A DNA stretch of 52,535 bases from a virus. Its lineage: Duplodnaviria > Caudoviricetes. This document shows positions 24,649-34,279 of the stretch, piece after piece. The notes under the pieces were generated by a model. The model ran no database searches. It was not told the origin of the DNA and saw nothing but the letters and a program-made list of their open reading frames with translations. Where the stretch lies: positions 1 to 52,535 of the IMG/VR virus record IMGVR_UViG_3300024520_007217; one strand, given 5' to 3'. The number at the start of each line of letters is the position of its first letter. Positions within the stretch are counted from its first letter, which is position 1. The position numbers and the translations under genes are program-made.

Positions 24649-25227
24649 TTAGTTGTCAACCCTTTTTAATACCGCAAAGGGTTGGGTGACCCACGATACC
24701 TCTCTCTGGATACAGAAGCCGGCCAAACAGATATCATAAACCGATCTGCCCTTGATAATCGCGCTTTCTGCAAAAAAATCTTCGGGGATTTTACCGACTC
24801 TCAGATGATCTAGCCCGCAACCCTCAGAATCGGAAGGACTCGACACTGAGGGGATGATTCTTACTTTATCGTTCCTTATCTCCATAAATCGCTCACTTGC
24901 CCCAGATGTGTACCGGCAATACACAACCGTGATAATTATCGAATCGCCTGCTTGATAAACATCACGATTTGTATCAAATGGCGCATTAAAAAATTCTATC
25001 GGCGGGTTCTCGTAGAACCTGACAAAAACTAACGCGAAAAGAACCAGGCCCACATTAATCATGATTATGACTGACACTATGGACTCCCGGATTCTGTCTG
25101 AATCAAGGGAGGCTAACTCCAAAAAGCTGGAGAATAATCGCGAGACCTTGGGCGCCACCCAGGACGCCCAAGCCAATTTGAATGCCGGTAATTTTCGCTT
25201 TTTCGACTTTTCGTTCTTCTCTTTCAC
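24649..25227 (-). CDS. Membrane-anchored hypothetical protein (true start probably near 25060-25110)
   Basis: Hydrophobic segment IVSVIIMINVGLVLFALVFV then a Cys-containing domain; called 5' end overlaps upstream gene. Confidence 0.55.
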   Translation of the reverse strand: MKEKNEKSKKRKLPAFKLAWASWVAPKVSRLFSSFLELASLDSDRIRESIVSVIIMINVGLVLFALVFVRFYENPPIEFFNAPFDTNRDVYQAGDSIIITVVYCRYTSGASERFMEIRNDKVRIIPSVSSPSDSEGCGLDHLRVGKIPEDFFAESAIIKGRSVYDICLAGFCIQREVSWVTQPFAVLKRVDN

Positions 25228-25480
25228 TCCTCGATTCTTCCCTCACTTCCTTAAGAATTTTTTCGTATTCATCAAAGCGGTCCAAGAGCCCCTTAACTCG
25301 GATGTCTTTCTCCCCGTAAACTACCAGCTTTAACTGGTCTAACGATAGATTAACGTGATTCAGATGCTCGCCGGTATCTGCATCAACTTTGTTCAAAAAC
25401 GTTTCAAGGTCCTTGATCCTCTGCTCATGCTCATTAATCCGATTTTCAATGAGATTCACTCTGGAGTTGTCATCCACCAT
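25103..25480 (-). CDS. Coiled-coil protein with C-terminal transmembrane helix (holin-like candidate)
   Basis: Heptad pattern then ITGIQIGLGVLGGAQGLAIILQLFG. Confidence 0.55.
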   Translation of the reverse strand: MVDDNSRVNLIENRINEHEQRIKDLETFLNKVDADTGEHLNHVNLSLDQLKLVVYGEKDIRVKGLLDRFDEYEKILKEVREESRSEREERKVEKAKITGIQIGLGVLGGAQGLAIILQLFGVSLP

Positions 25481-25553
25481 ACTGTATCCTTATCCGAATC
25501 TTGTTCTCATTTAAATTTTACACGATTCTGAAGGTACGTCAATGCTTCGCAAC

Positions 25554-26060
25554 TTAAAGTTTCGTTTTTGAGGATGGAGAACCAACCAAGAGTCCTCCAA
25601 GCTGAACCCGAGATGTCGCCTCGATGCGGAGCGGATCAGGGTCATTATCTGCGGACAATAATCGGCGCTCTCCCGTATTGAAATCGATACTTCGCGGGTT
25701 GTTGGCCGGCCCATAATAAATCAAGACAGGATACTGCCTGGTGACGCTATCTAGCGGAATCTGTTGTATCCGATCATGCTTAATTCGATTGGCGGCCAGG
25801 GCAACAAAATAATAGCTGGAAGCCAGGGTTAGGGAGATCATCATAATGCTCAAGCTGCCAGTTAGCACCCACATCGCTACCTCTTTGGTAGCCAGACGAG
25901 TATCTTCCAGTATCCGATTATCGGTCATTGCCTGGTTATGCAAATCTCGAGATCGCCTGGTCCGTTCTCGAATCCGTTCGGCCTTTGCGTCACGAATCGG
26001 GTTAGTGCAGCCGGTTGAGAAAATCAAAAGAACGAATAAAACAACTATTAATTTGTTCAT
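25554..26060 (-). CDS. Putative lipoprotein / membrane protein
   Basis: MNKLIVVLFVLLIFSTGC lipobox-like signal; second hydrophobic helix. Confidence 0.6.
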   Translation of the reverse strand: MNKLIVVLFVLLIFSTGCTNPIRDAKAERIRERTRRSRDLHNQAMTDNRILEDTRLATKEVAMWVLTGSLSIMMISLTLASSYYFVALAANRIKHDRIQQIPLDSVTRQYPVLIYYGPANNPRSIDFNTGERRLLSADNDPDPLRIEATSRVQLGGLLVGSPSSKTKL

Positions 26061-26203
26061 TCCCAATAGTAGATAATGCTTACTGAAATAACCCCAGCAA
26101 GGAAACCGAAAAACCAATGGTAAGCGGGATGAAGAGAATTCAGGAAGATACTAATTACAAAAAAAAGAGCAGTGATCGCCATGCTAACAAGTAGATATTT
26201 CAT
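26057..26203 (-). CDS. Small two-helix membrane protein (48 aa)
   Basis: Manual translation MKYLLVSMAITALFFVISIF...VISVSIIYYWE*; GAGG RBS; ATGA overlap with next gene. Confidence 0.6.
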   Translation of the reverse strand: MKYLLVSMAITALFFVISIFLNSLHPAYHWFFGFLAGVISVSIIYYWE

Positions 26204-26276
26204 CTGTTCCTCCCCTCATACTGTTGACTAATTCTACGACAAAATCGGTTTCTCTGTTGGTCATGTAATGCCCCCT

Positions 26277-27092
26277 TTAAACCTTAATATACCAAGGTTT
26301 CCAAAACCCATCCTCTTTATAAAAATCCTTAAAAATTAATGGCTCCGACTCAATCATCCGCTCTAGCATCATAGACGCCACCATACAAATTTCTTCCTCT
26401 GCGTGAGGAGAACAACGCATCGTAAAGATATGACGCAGCGCCCTCAAATTGCCAGACCAAACGCCGCCGGTCGCTACGCCTGTCCCGATGATACGCCGGA
26501 AGAGGGAAGTAAGTTTCTTCTTCTCGCTAAATTTTTTGACGCTCTCTGAATAATCCCAGATGGCTAATAATTCCCTGTAATTGTCTTCCATCTGGAGAAA
26601 GGCCCGATCAAACAAGGCTCTTGTTTGACCCTTGGCGGCCAGAATATGGGGCGAGTCCTCCTCCTCATCTTGGATAGACAAGGGGACCCAATAGGGAATA
26701 TCTGCAAAGGAAATATACCGCATAGACCCCTCGCTAATTGCCATCCCCGCTCGATGGCGGTTCATCTCGGCTGTGAACACTCGCGATACATTTTCTAATG
26801 CGAATGTGCAAGAGGCATGTTCAAGAACTGATCCATGCCCAACCCGAAGAATATTGTCTATAAAATCCCCCAGGTCTTTCCTCACCCTCGTTATGTTCGG
26901 ATTGGGGCCAACCTCATAGCTCATATAGCAGCGCTTTGCCGCCAACTGAACCAACAAAGTTCCCATTTGGATAGCCTGCTTCTCGGGCAAAATGTATTGT
27001 TTTGCGCCAATAGAACCTAACCAATGTCTTGTTTCTTGATAATCAATCTCAGTCTTAGCAATCAAAAACACTGTGGGGGTAACATGTCTCAT
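26277..27092 (-). CDS. thyX: FAD-dependent thymidylate synthase
   Basis: GHGSVLEHA, NVSR, EMNRHR...SEGSMRY, NLRALRHIFTMR, HAEEEI. Confidence 0.95.
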   Translation of the reverse strand: MRHVTPTVFLIAKTEIDYQETRHWLGSIGAKQYILPEKQAIQMGTLLVQLAAKRCYMSYEVGPNPNITRVRKDLGDFIDNILRVGHGSVLEHASCTFALENVSRVFTAEMNRHRAGMAISEGSMRYISFADIPYWVPLSIQDEEEDSPHILAAKGQTRALFDRAFLQMEDNYRELLAIWDYSESVKKFSEKKKLTSLFRRIIGTGVATGGVWSGNLRALRHIFTMRCSPHAEEEICMVASMMLERMIESEPLIFKDFYKEDGFWKPWYIKV

Positions 27093-27108
27093 TCTTCATC
27101 TCCCAGGT

Positions 27109-27966
27109 TTATATTACTTCAGGTTTCGCTTTCCCGTTTAATGTCCTCAAGTCTCGTTTCACTGTAGATAGCGAGGTGCCAAACCCAAGGTCATTCAATT
27201 GGGTCAATAGCTCATTTTGAGTGATACCGGAATGAGCCTTTTTGAGGTCCAAAATGGCCTGTTTCCGCTCATCCGACTTAGTTCGTTTGACCTCGTTGGC
27301 CCGATCTAATAGGGTCATTTCATTGGTGTCATTTGCCGCATATGACCCCATAATTAGCTCATTTTCTCTTTTAGAAGTTTCCAAAATTAAAGTGTCAAGT
27401 TCTGTTTTTTTATCTTTAATTAAGGTGTCAAGCTCTTTGACCTGAGCCGACAACCCGCTCCTCTTTTTTTGCAGAGTGACCCGTTCCGTTCTCTCCTTTT
27501 GCCACGTTTGCATATCAGTCGAAACCGCATTGCTGACATAAGTTGAGACTGCAACTATCACAAAGCTGGGATAGATTATAATCAAGGCGTCCCGATATAT
27601 TTCAACGCCGATAGCCAGAGCAAAAACAACCGCAAAATAGATAATGGCCATAGTTAACGTCACCTGAAACGGAGCAACGGGTTCTGACTGTATTCTGGAT
27701 TTATTCCAATTCCAACTTTTTACCGCCGTCCGGGCGGAAAACATACCAATTAGTTCAATTGCTACGGCAGTACTGTAAGCTACCCAAAGCGGTGTCTTGG
27801 TAACCATCGCGCTATAAATAGCGAAGGCTGGGGGTAACGGAGCCAGGATCGGGGCGAATCGAGTGACAGTATCGGTAAAAATGCCCTCCACCATCCCGAT
27901 AAATCCAGAGACTACAGTTTGCGTCCCATCATAAAACGCCAAAATTTTATTAGGTAAGGTGGTCAT
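27109..27966 (-). CDS. Membrane protein with coiled coil and C-terminal HTH
   Basis: Four hydrophobic segments; ITQNELL...SLSTVKRDL. Confidence 0.65.
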   Translation of the reverse strand: MTTLPNKILAFYDGTQTVVSGFIGMVEGIFTDTVTRFAPILAPLPPAFAIYSAMVTKTPLWVAYSTAVAIELIGMFSARTAVKSWNWNKSRIQSEPVAPFQVTLTMAIIYFAVVFALAIGVEIYRDALIIIYPSFVIVAVSTYVSNAVSTDMQTWQKERTERVTLQKKRSGLSAQVKELDTLIKDKKTELDTLILETSKRENELIMGSYAANDTNEMTLLDRANEVKRTKSDERKQAILDLKKAHSGITQNELLTQLNDLGFGTSLSTVKRDLRTLNGKAKPEVI

Positions 27967-27991
27967 TTATCTGCTCCCTCTCTTTTGGCCA

Positions 27992-28495
27992 TCAACATCC
28001 CCCCCCCGCTGACGAGCCTTGACTGGTGCTATTCTCAGTTGTAAATCCATCAGGATAGCGCCCCCTCAATTTATCCACGTTCCCCTGAGCCACATCTTCC
28101 AGAAGCAGACCCACCTCACCAGTCAATGCCGCCCAATAAAATCCGTTGTCCCCAAGCTCATCAGCCCACATTGCGGGAGTCCCTTTATCAAGAAGCTCGA
28201 TCAATTCGCAAGCTTCCCCAATCAGCCCCAGGATGCACAGGATTTTGATCAGATGCCCGTCAACCGTAATATCTCGGCCATCAACCCGCGAGACATTATC
28301 AAGGTCGTCATACGTTCCTCCTCTATCAAGGTCACGCCCGTGAAATAATCCTTTCTTGATCCGCTCCACGGTCCTTCCGAATACTTGAGCGCAGGCCAGG
28401 GTTTTTTGCAACAGGGCTCGACTGCTAAAGTCGAGGTCCGGGGGATCGACAAGCAACGTTCGTTTTACGTGTTTTTGATATTCATTCAGTTCCAT
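27992..28495 (-). CDS. MazG-like nucleotide pyrophosphohydrolase
   Basis: LNEYQ, LGLIGEACE, DELGD, NVDKLRGRYPDGF. Confidence 0.8.
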   Translation of the reverse strand: MELNEYQKHVKRTLLVDPPDLDFSSRALLQKTLACAQVFGRTVERIKKGLFHGRDLDRGGTYDDLDNVSRVDGRDITVDGHLIKILCILGLIGEACELIELLDKGTPAMWADELGDNGFYWAALTGEVGLLLEDVAQGNVDKLRGRYPDGFTTENSTSQGSSAGGGC

Positions 28496-28758
28496 AAATC
28501 ATCATCTCCTATAATATATATAATTGTCACAATAAAAATTATTGACACGATGACAGCCGCTATTATCGCCCCTACCAAAAGCATATTTTCGCCCGAATTC
28601 CACTTTGACGCAGCTTCCACCACGTTTTGACAAGCGTCAAAATGCCATAAACCACTTTTGCACGCCCGCCATAGATGATCGTAAAGCGCATTTTTGGCTT
28701 TGACATTTTGATTTTGACGGATTTTGACGGAATCGGGGGCATAATCGCACCTTGTCAA
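28486..28758 (-). CDS. Small membrane protein (start uncertain)
   Basis: C-terminal hydrophobic helix; overlap with MazG start. Confidence 0.5.
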   Translation of the reverse strand: MTRCDYAPDSVKIRQNQNVKAKNALYDHLWRACKSGLWHFDACQNVVEAASKWNSGENMLLVGAIIAAVIVSIIFIVTIIYIIGDDDLWN

Positions 28759-28902
28759 AAAGACTGGGGGGGGGAGGGGCAGTATCTAAATACTATCCTG
28801 TCAGTTCCTTAGAAATCTTTTCGAATATACGATCACGATCTTCCGATGAGTCGTACTCGATTTCTCGACTCGCCCCCTTTGAAAAAATCGCTGATTTTGG
28901 AC

Positions 28903-29115
28903 TTAACCCACAATATGTTGTATTTTTGCGCTTTCAATTACATCCTGGGCAGTCATATCCCAGCAGTTGATCGCTTGGAAATCGACTGTATTGCCATTCT
29001 CGATTTCAATACTTGATGATTCAATAGCTGCCACTGTGGCGGTTTGCCCGTCACACTTCAAGATGACCTGCTGACCGATTTCTAAATTTTCCTTGTTTGG
29101 CCGGTAATTAATCAT
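28903..29115 (-). CDS. Hypothetical protein
   Basis: AAGGAG RBS. Confidence 0.55.
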   Translation of the reverse strand: MINYRPNKENLEIGQQVILKCDGQTATVAAIESSSIEIENGNTVDFQAINCWDMTAQDVIESAKIQHIVG

Positions 29116-29190
29116 TTTCTTTCTCCTTAATTTAGTTAAATTTAATTGTCAACCCCCAAAATTCACAAATTCTTAGAGAGTCCCTATTTA

Positions 29191-30087
29191 CTACCTCTTC
29201 CAGGACATATTGATCCGTTTGGCAAGATCAACAATATCTACCTTGAGGGAATCGGGGCAAGGCGCTTTTGCCGTTCCTCGTCCAGAAAAAAAGCCAGCCG
29301 GATGGTTGAACCACGTTTCTAATTCCTCCGCCATCTTCCGATGCGAAGGCTGCCCCATCGCAATTGCTTGCTTTACTATCTGCCCAATATGAGGGGTTTT
29401 CCACTCAGGAGCCCGGCTTATCCCGACCGGATAAGTTGTACTTCCGTCTGCCAATTCAATTGGCTTCGCCTCAAATGCTACCAAACGAGCCCCCTGATCA
29501 TAGGCCGCAAAGGATGATCCAATTGATCCATGTCGGATAACCCAAAGTAGGCCATCATCAGACTTATAGACGACTTTCTCTTCTAATTCCGCAGCATTTT
29601 CCGATTGTCGCCTCAGCCATAGTTCATTCATTGTCAAAATGCGGATGCCGTACCCCATAACGTCATTATCTGTCAATATACGTCCGGCATCCTTGTTACA
29701 GATCTTCCAACCTCCCATTTGAGAATGAATACCCACCGGGTCTATATGCCCAATGTCTCCCTGATAAATGACTTCGATCAACGGAGCCAGATATTCAAGA
29801 TCGATTCCCTGCTCTCCTAGCCATTCCCAAACCATCCGGGTCGCGCAAGTGGCTGTGCTTTCGCTGCCGGGCAGATGGTGGTGATCAAAGCGCCTCCGCT
29901 CTGGGTCGTACTCGCCGCCGATGTCGCCAACGCTATCGGCTCGATTCAGTAGGTCGTGGCCTGGAGTACTGACCGATGTATAGGTGATTCTTGCGTCTTT
30001 GAATCCAGGCGCAAATTTGATCATCAGCCAGGCGTAGCCAATGGCGTCGAAATCGGGCGCAACATGTGTCAAAATCACTTTAGTCAT
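29191..30087 (-). CDS. MYG1/DHH-superfamily hydrolase
   Basis: THVAPDFDA, DIGGEYDPERRRFDHHH, CATRMVW. Confidence 0.75.
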   Translation of the reverse strand: MTKVILTHVAPDFDAIGYAWLMIKFAPGFKDARITYTSVSTPGHDLLNRADSVGDIGGEYDPERRRFDHHHLPGSESTATCATRMVWEWLGEQGIDLEYLAPLIEVIYQGDIGHIDPVGIHSQMGGWKICNKDAGRILTDNDVMGYGIRILTMNELWLRRQSENAAELEEKVVYKSDDGLLWVIRHGSIGSSFAAYDQGARLVAFEAKPIELADGSTTYPVGISRAPEWKTPHIGQIVKQAIAMGQPSHRKMAEELETWFNHPAGFFSGRGTAKAPCPDSLKVDIVDLAKRINMSWKR

Positions 30088-30093
30088 AATAAT

Positions 30094-30861
30094 TCAAGAA
30101 TTCCTTTCCGCCATCAAGAGCCCTTGATGGTCAATTAAAAAATTGATTACTTGAAGGTACTCCCGCCCCAGAACCTGAGACGGGTAATCGATTGCGCCCC
30201 AGTGAGCTAATGCCTCAGCCAGGGTGAACGAATGACAACCCGCGTTGAACAACATCCACTCATCAAGACGCTTCCAACATACCAGCGTGTATCCTCTGTG
30301 GTCAAAATTTACACTAATTATTCCTAAGGCCCCACACAGTTTAGCCTCGTTCAAGATGGCCTGGCTCAGGTCGGCCCTGCTCAGGTCAGCCCGGCTCAGG
30401 CTGGCCTGGCTCAGGTTGGCCCAGCACAGCTTGGCTCCGCACAGGTCGGCCTCGCTCAGGACGGCTCCGGTCAGGTTGGCCCAGCGCAGGTCTGCTCCGC
30501 GCAGGTAGGCCCCGCTCAGGTCTGCCCCGATCAGGTTGGCCTCTCTCAGGTTGGCCTCTCTCAGGTTGGCCTCTCTCAGGTTGGCCTCTCTCAGGTTGGC
30601 CTCTCTCAGGTTGGCCTTGCACAGGTTGGCCTTGCACAGGTCGGTCCCGCGCAAGACGGCCTTGCGCAAGACGGCCTTGCGCAAGACGGCCTCGCGCAGG
30701 TAGGCTCCGCGCAGGTCGGCTCCGCTCAGGTCGGCTCCGCTCAGGTCGGCTCCGCTCAGGTCGGCCCCGCGCAGGTTGGCCCCGCGCAAGTCTGATCCGC
30801 GCAAGTCTGATCCGCGCAGGGTTGCTTTTTGCAATATTTGATCAAACCTATCTTTTTTCAC
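30094..30861 (-). CDS. Pentapeptide repeat protein 1
   Basis: A[DN]Lxx tandem repeats; C-terminal AGCHSFTLAEALAHW domain. Confidence 0.92.
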   Translation of the reverse strand: MKKDRFDQILQKATLRGSDLRGSDLRGANLRGADLSGADLSGADLSGADLRGAYLREAVLRKAVLRKAVLRGTDLCKANLCKANLREANLREANLREANLREANLREANLIGADLSGAYLRGADLRWANLTGAVLSEADLCGAKLCWANLSQASLSRADLSRADLSQAILNEAKLCGALGIISVNFDHRGYTLVCWKRLDEWMLFNAGCHSFTLAEALAHWGAIDYPSQVLGREYLQVINFLIDHQGLLMAERNS

Positions 30862-31577
30862 TCAATGCCCCCTCTCATTTTTAGATACTGCTTGAATCCA
30901 CGTATACCAGCCATCGTCAACGACTGCCCATAGTAGATGCCCTTTGCCCGGAGCAACCGGGCCAACGAATCGAACTCTCTCTGGCTAAAGAGTTTCCCAT
31001 CTTTTTTGGGATACCAGTACTTGCCCACGAGCGGGGTACCCTCAAGCGCTTTTTCAACAAAAACATCAAACCCGTCAATCGGAACGGGCAGCGCACCGGG
31101 GCGCTCATACCAGGGCGATTGATAATTTGGATGGGCGTGACGAATCGAGAGCTCGACCGGGGGCTTCTGAGGGAGGGATTCACCTTTAGCGACCTTCTGA
31201 CAACCGATAAAATGAGGCAAGGCTCTATTGATGTATATTTTTAGCTCATCAATAGACCAGGCAAAAGCCAGAGTTCCCCCCATTGCCACACAAACGAGCA
31301 TTATTCGGCCAGTGGCACTCGGGAAAAATGCTAATTCCAACGACATCCCTAATGTCGCTCCGGCGAATATCCCAACCATCGTATCGAATCCTATTTGTTG
31401 CCATCTGGTTAGCACCTGCCCTTGAAATACTTGATCAGGCAGAGAAACGCTATAATCAAAACTGCCCGAATCCAACCGATCAGCGCGAACCCAGGACCTG
31501 GTATAGTGCCTTATTTTCTCTTTTTGATGTTCAAACCGATGCCCGCAGCTCGGGCAATGAATTATCTCAGTTGGCAT
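30858..31577 (-). CDS. Zinc-ribbon membrane protein
   Basis: CPSCGHRF; two hydrophobic helices. Confidence 0.6.
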   Translation of the reverse strand: MPTEIIHCPSCGHRFEHQKEKIRHYTRSWVRADRLDSGSFDYSVSLPDQVFQGQVLTRWQQIGFDTMVGIFAGATLGMSLELAFFPSATGRIMLVCVAMGGTLAFAWSIDELKIYINRALPHFIGCQKVAKGESLPQKPPVELSIRHAHPNYQSPWYERPGALPVPIDGFDVFVEKALEGTPLVGKYWYPKKDGKLFSQREFDSLARLLRAKGIYYGQSLTMAGIRGFKQYLKMRGGIE

Positions 31578-31593
31578 ATCATCACCTTTTGAC

Positions 31594-31665
31594 TATCATA
31601 CCCGATTATTAGCCACATGTCAAATGTATGATACAATTGACAATCTTCGTGTACGGTTGTATCAT
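31594..31665. promoter_or_regulatory. Back-to-back promoters with an inverted-repeat operator candidate
   Basis: Plus TTGACA(31637)-17-TATCAT; minus TTGACA-17-TATGAT; ATGATACAA (31628-31636) / TTGTATCAT (31657-31665). Confidence 0.75.
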
Positions 31666-31671
31666 TAAAGC

Positions 31672-31872
31672 ATGGAAACAATATCGGACGTATTGAAAAC
31701 GTTGGACGATAGATCCACCAACCTATCCAAAATCGGCAGAGATAGCGGGCTTGCCCGTGCCACCATATACAATATCATCCGCAACCCAAAAAAAAGAGCG
31801 TTTTGGACTTTAGAACGCTTTTTTGATTCTCTGGGCTACGAGATTATTTTGAGAAGAAAGGGTGAACTATAG
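31672..31872 (+). CDS. Small XRE/Cro-like HTH regulator
   Basis: LSKIGRDSGLARATIYNII...TLERFFDSLGYEI. Confidence 0.8.
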   Translation: METISDVLKTLDDRSTNLSKIGRDSGLARATIYNIIRNPKKRAFWTLERFFDSLGYEIILRRKGEL

Positions 31873-31941
31873 TTCACCCCTTCTTCCTATTTGATTGTAT
31901 ATCCAAAAAGCTCCCTGGGCGCTTTCCACCCTTTAGGAGCC

Positions 31942-32181
31942 TTAAACCACTGAAACGCAGGTCTCCCTCCCTTGACGGATAATTACAGCTCCATTGACTA
32001 ATGCGACATTAGCCGCTTCTACCAAATCAATATCAGCATCGATATCGATTAAATGGGCCATTTGTTGTACCCGACGAGACATCCCCCATCGAGGAGAAAA
32101 CATCACCGCCTTGTCTTCGACGGGAATGCCTTTTTCCAGAACATTCCCTCTTAATGTGTAGCATGCAAAGGTTATAGCCAT
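31942..32181 (-). CDS. Hypothetical protein
   Basis: Start moved to MAITFAC, overlapping upstream stop. Confidence 0.55.
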   Translation of the reverse strand: MAITFACYTLRGNVLEKGIPVEDKAVMFSPRWGMSRRVQQMAHLIDIDADIDLVEAANVALVNGAVIIRQGRETCVSVV

Positions 32182-32675
32182 TCCCCTTCCCCCCTTTCCA
32201 AAGCAGCAATTGCCAATCGTGCTTTGCGTTCTTGCGGCCCTTCGATCTTCCATGCCCTCCCCCCCCAAGAGAACCAGCTTTCATCATACTTGGAGAGCAA
32301 ACGGAATTCTACTCCAGGGGAGCAGATCACCAGAGCAACCTCACTATTCCCTGCTCTGCCTGCGATTCCGTTCGCGTGATTCCCCTGGGATATTTTTTTC
32401 ATCCCATCTACATTTGGGATGGTATAGGATCGCCCCTTGCTGTAGCCTCCAGAGGAATTGATGATCGCTATACAGCGACCATTATCCTCAAATTCGCCTC
32501 TTACTATCAGCACTCCCGCAGAAGTGATTTTAACACCAAACGAAGACCCAGTTCCCATAATAGGAACTATTTCTTGATGTCTCCCTCTTCCTGATGAGCC
32601 AATCTTTAGCTCATCAGGAATGTCTGCCGGGATCATCTGGGTTACAGAACCCGGCGTTATTTTAAATATTTTCAC
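32172..32675 (-). CDS. Hypothetical protein
   Basis: GAGGAGG RBS, GTG start. Confidence 0.65.
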   Translation of the reverse strand: MKIFKITPGSVTQMIPADIPDELKIGSSGRGRHQEIVPIMGTGSSFGVKITSAGVLIVRGEFEDNGRCIAIINSSGGYSKGRSYTIPNVDGMKKISQGNHANGIAGRAGNSEVALVICSPGVEFRLLSKYDESWFSWGGRAWKIEGPQERKARLAIAALERGEGEWL

Positions 32676-32744
32676 TTTGCCTCCTCAATCACTGTCAAGA
32701 CGGGTTCTGGCAACCAAAACCCGTCTTAATCGTTTTTCTGCACT

Positions 32745-33473
32745 TTATTTCAAATATTCAAACGCCACGTAATTTTTGCCAAAAGCTGGCAGGACAAACA
32801 TTATCCCCCCAGCTTTAATGTAACCTGAGACATTAGCATTGCCTCGCTCTCGAGACAATATCTTTTCAGCACCCTCATTCCATGCATCCATTGCATTCGC
32901 GGCAATGGACGCGACAGTGATGCCGCCGACTTTTGTACTGTCCTTGACAAAAACCTCAACATACTGAGATTCGTCAAAGGGGAATTGGTGCAACTCCGCC
33001 GGATAAAACCGGCTAATTGCATTTTTTAACAACTCCGGAAGTTTTTTTGTCACAAACTCCGCGGAGCTCCGCAGTTGCCAATGATCCCGACCGGAATAGC
33101 TAGCCGGGTGCCCAAACAGATTTGAATGTGAACTCTGCTCACAAGAGAGTTCACAGTGTCCTGCGAATGGACCACGACTGAACATTTCATAGCCCGCCTC
33201 ACGCAAAGTTTCGGTCTCTTTTGCCAGAAACGAAACTTTGCTTTCGTAATTATATTTTCCATCGTCAATGGCCACTTTAAGTGGCCATGACTTTTGTATG
33301 GCGACCAGCCCCAGTTCTACTTGCCCCAAAAACGGCAAGACGATTTTATGAAATTGTGGGGGGTTGGCGAATACATCATGATTTTGAAATTCTGCGGCCA
33401 ACGATTCAAAATCGAATTTTCCGAAAAATTCGACCTGCTGGTAAAACTTCTTAACTTTCTCTAAATTAATCAT
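32745..33473 (-). CDS. Hypothetical protein
   Basis: Starts just after repeat 33479-33513, which supplies the RBS. Confidence 0.7.
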   Translation of the reverse strand: MINLEKVKKFYQQVEFFGKFDFESLAAEFQNHDVFANPPQFHKIVLPFLGQVELGLVAIQKSWPLKVAIDDGKYNYESKVSFLAKETETLREAGYEMFSRGPFAGHCELSCEQSSHSNLFGHPASYSGRDHWQLRSSAEFVTKKLPELLKNAISRFYPAELHQFPFDESQYVEVFVKDSTKVGGITVASIAANAMDAWNEGAEKILSRERGNANVSGYIKAGGIMFVLPAFGKNYVAFEYLK

Positions 33474-33478
33474 TTTTC

Positions 33479-33513
33479 AATCCTCTCAGACAGTTTCTCG
33501 ACTTGCCCAGGTC
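33479..33513 (-). repeat. 35-bp intergenic repeat, copy 3 (pseudoknot-like + RBS)
   Basis: GACCTGGGCAAGTCGAGAAACTGTCTGAGAGGATT. Confidence 0.9.
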
Positions 33514-33520
33514 TGCAAAT

Positions 33521-33844
33521 TTAGTACTCCCCTTCGTTTATTTGCCCCATCAGGGACAAATAGCTAACCTCTGCCGAGGACAGCGGGTCTAATTGATCGG
33601 AGCGGAAATATTCTCCATCCCGCTCAATCACCTCCACCTCTTCTGTCTGGCTGCGAGTACCATGATAATTGTACCCGCAACTCTGTCCGTCCAACTCGTT
33701 GGCCAGATTACGAACTATCTGGCCAACATCATCGCCGGATTCCCATTCAATGGGAAATTTCTCAAAACTGCCATCGACCAGGACGATGGCAACCCCCTCA
33801 TTCTGAGTGGGATTTTGTTTTTCAAACGAGAATAATACTTTCAT
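33521..33844 (-). CDS. Hypothetical protein
   Basis: Start moved to MKVLFSF after the repeat RBS. Confidence 0.65.
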   Translation of the reverse strand: MKVLFSFEKQNPTQNEGVAIVLVDGSFEKFPIEWESGDDVGQIVRNLANELDGQSCGYNYHGTRSQTEEVEVIERDGEYFRSDQLDPLSSAEVSYLSLMGQINEGEY

Positions 33845-33848
33845 GTGT

Positions 33849-33883
33849 AATCCTTTCAGGCAGTTTTTCGACTTGCCCAGGTC
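33849..33883 (-). repeat. 35-bp intergenic repeat, copy 2
   Basis: GACCTGGGCAAGTCGAAAAACTGCCTGAAAGGATT. Confidence 0.9.
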
Positions 33884-33891
33884 ATTGATGG

Positions 33892-34272
33892 TTAAAGATT
33901 CACCCATTTTTCATCTAGTGGCCAGGAGCCACGATTACCTTCCGACGGGATATTTTTTATGGGGTCATTGGCAGATAAATTCTTTGCTAATGCCCCCATC
34001 TCCATCGTTTTTGTCTTCCAGTATTCGCCTTCTGGGTCTTGAATACTGGTCAAAAAACTATTTATTCCCTTCACGTCCTCTTCCGCCTCCATCAGGTCCT
34101 CGATGGAGATGGCCAGCGTAAACCGGCCAAAATTCCCATCATAACAACGGGCAACGGCTTTTAATTGCCCGTTGCTTTCTACTATTTCGCTTTCGTCCAG
34201 CCATTCTCTGGCCAGACGCAGCGCTTTCTTATCTATTCGTGAGATTATTTCTCTTACTTTCATCTTGCTCAT
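33892..34272 (-). CDS. Hypothetical protein
   Basis: Start moved to MSKMKVR after the repeat RBS. Confidence 0.65.
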   Translation of the reverse strand: MSKMKVREIISRIDKKALRLAREWLDESEIVESNGQLKAVARCYDGNFGRFTLAISIEDLMEAEEDVKGINSFLTSIQDPEGEYWKTKTMEMGALAKNLSANDPIKNIPSEGNRGSWPLDEKWVNL

Positions 34273-34279
34273 CTCTTTC

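Noticed and set aside
28792-28930. Start-less reading frame after 28903-29115 suggesting a programmed frameshift
   Set aside because: No canonical slippery heptamer or stimulator seen; may be a gene remnant
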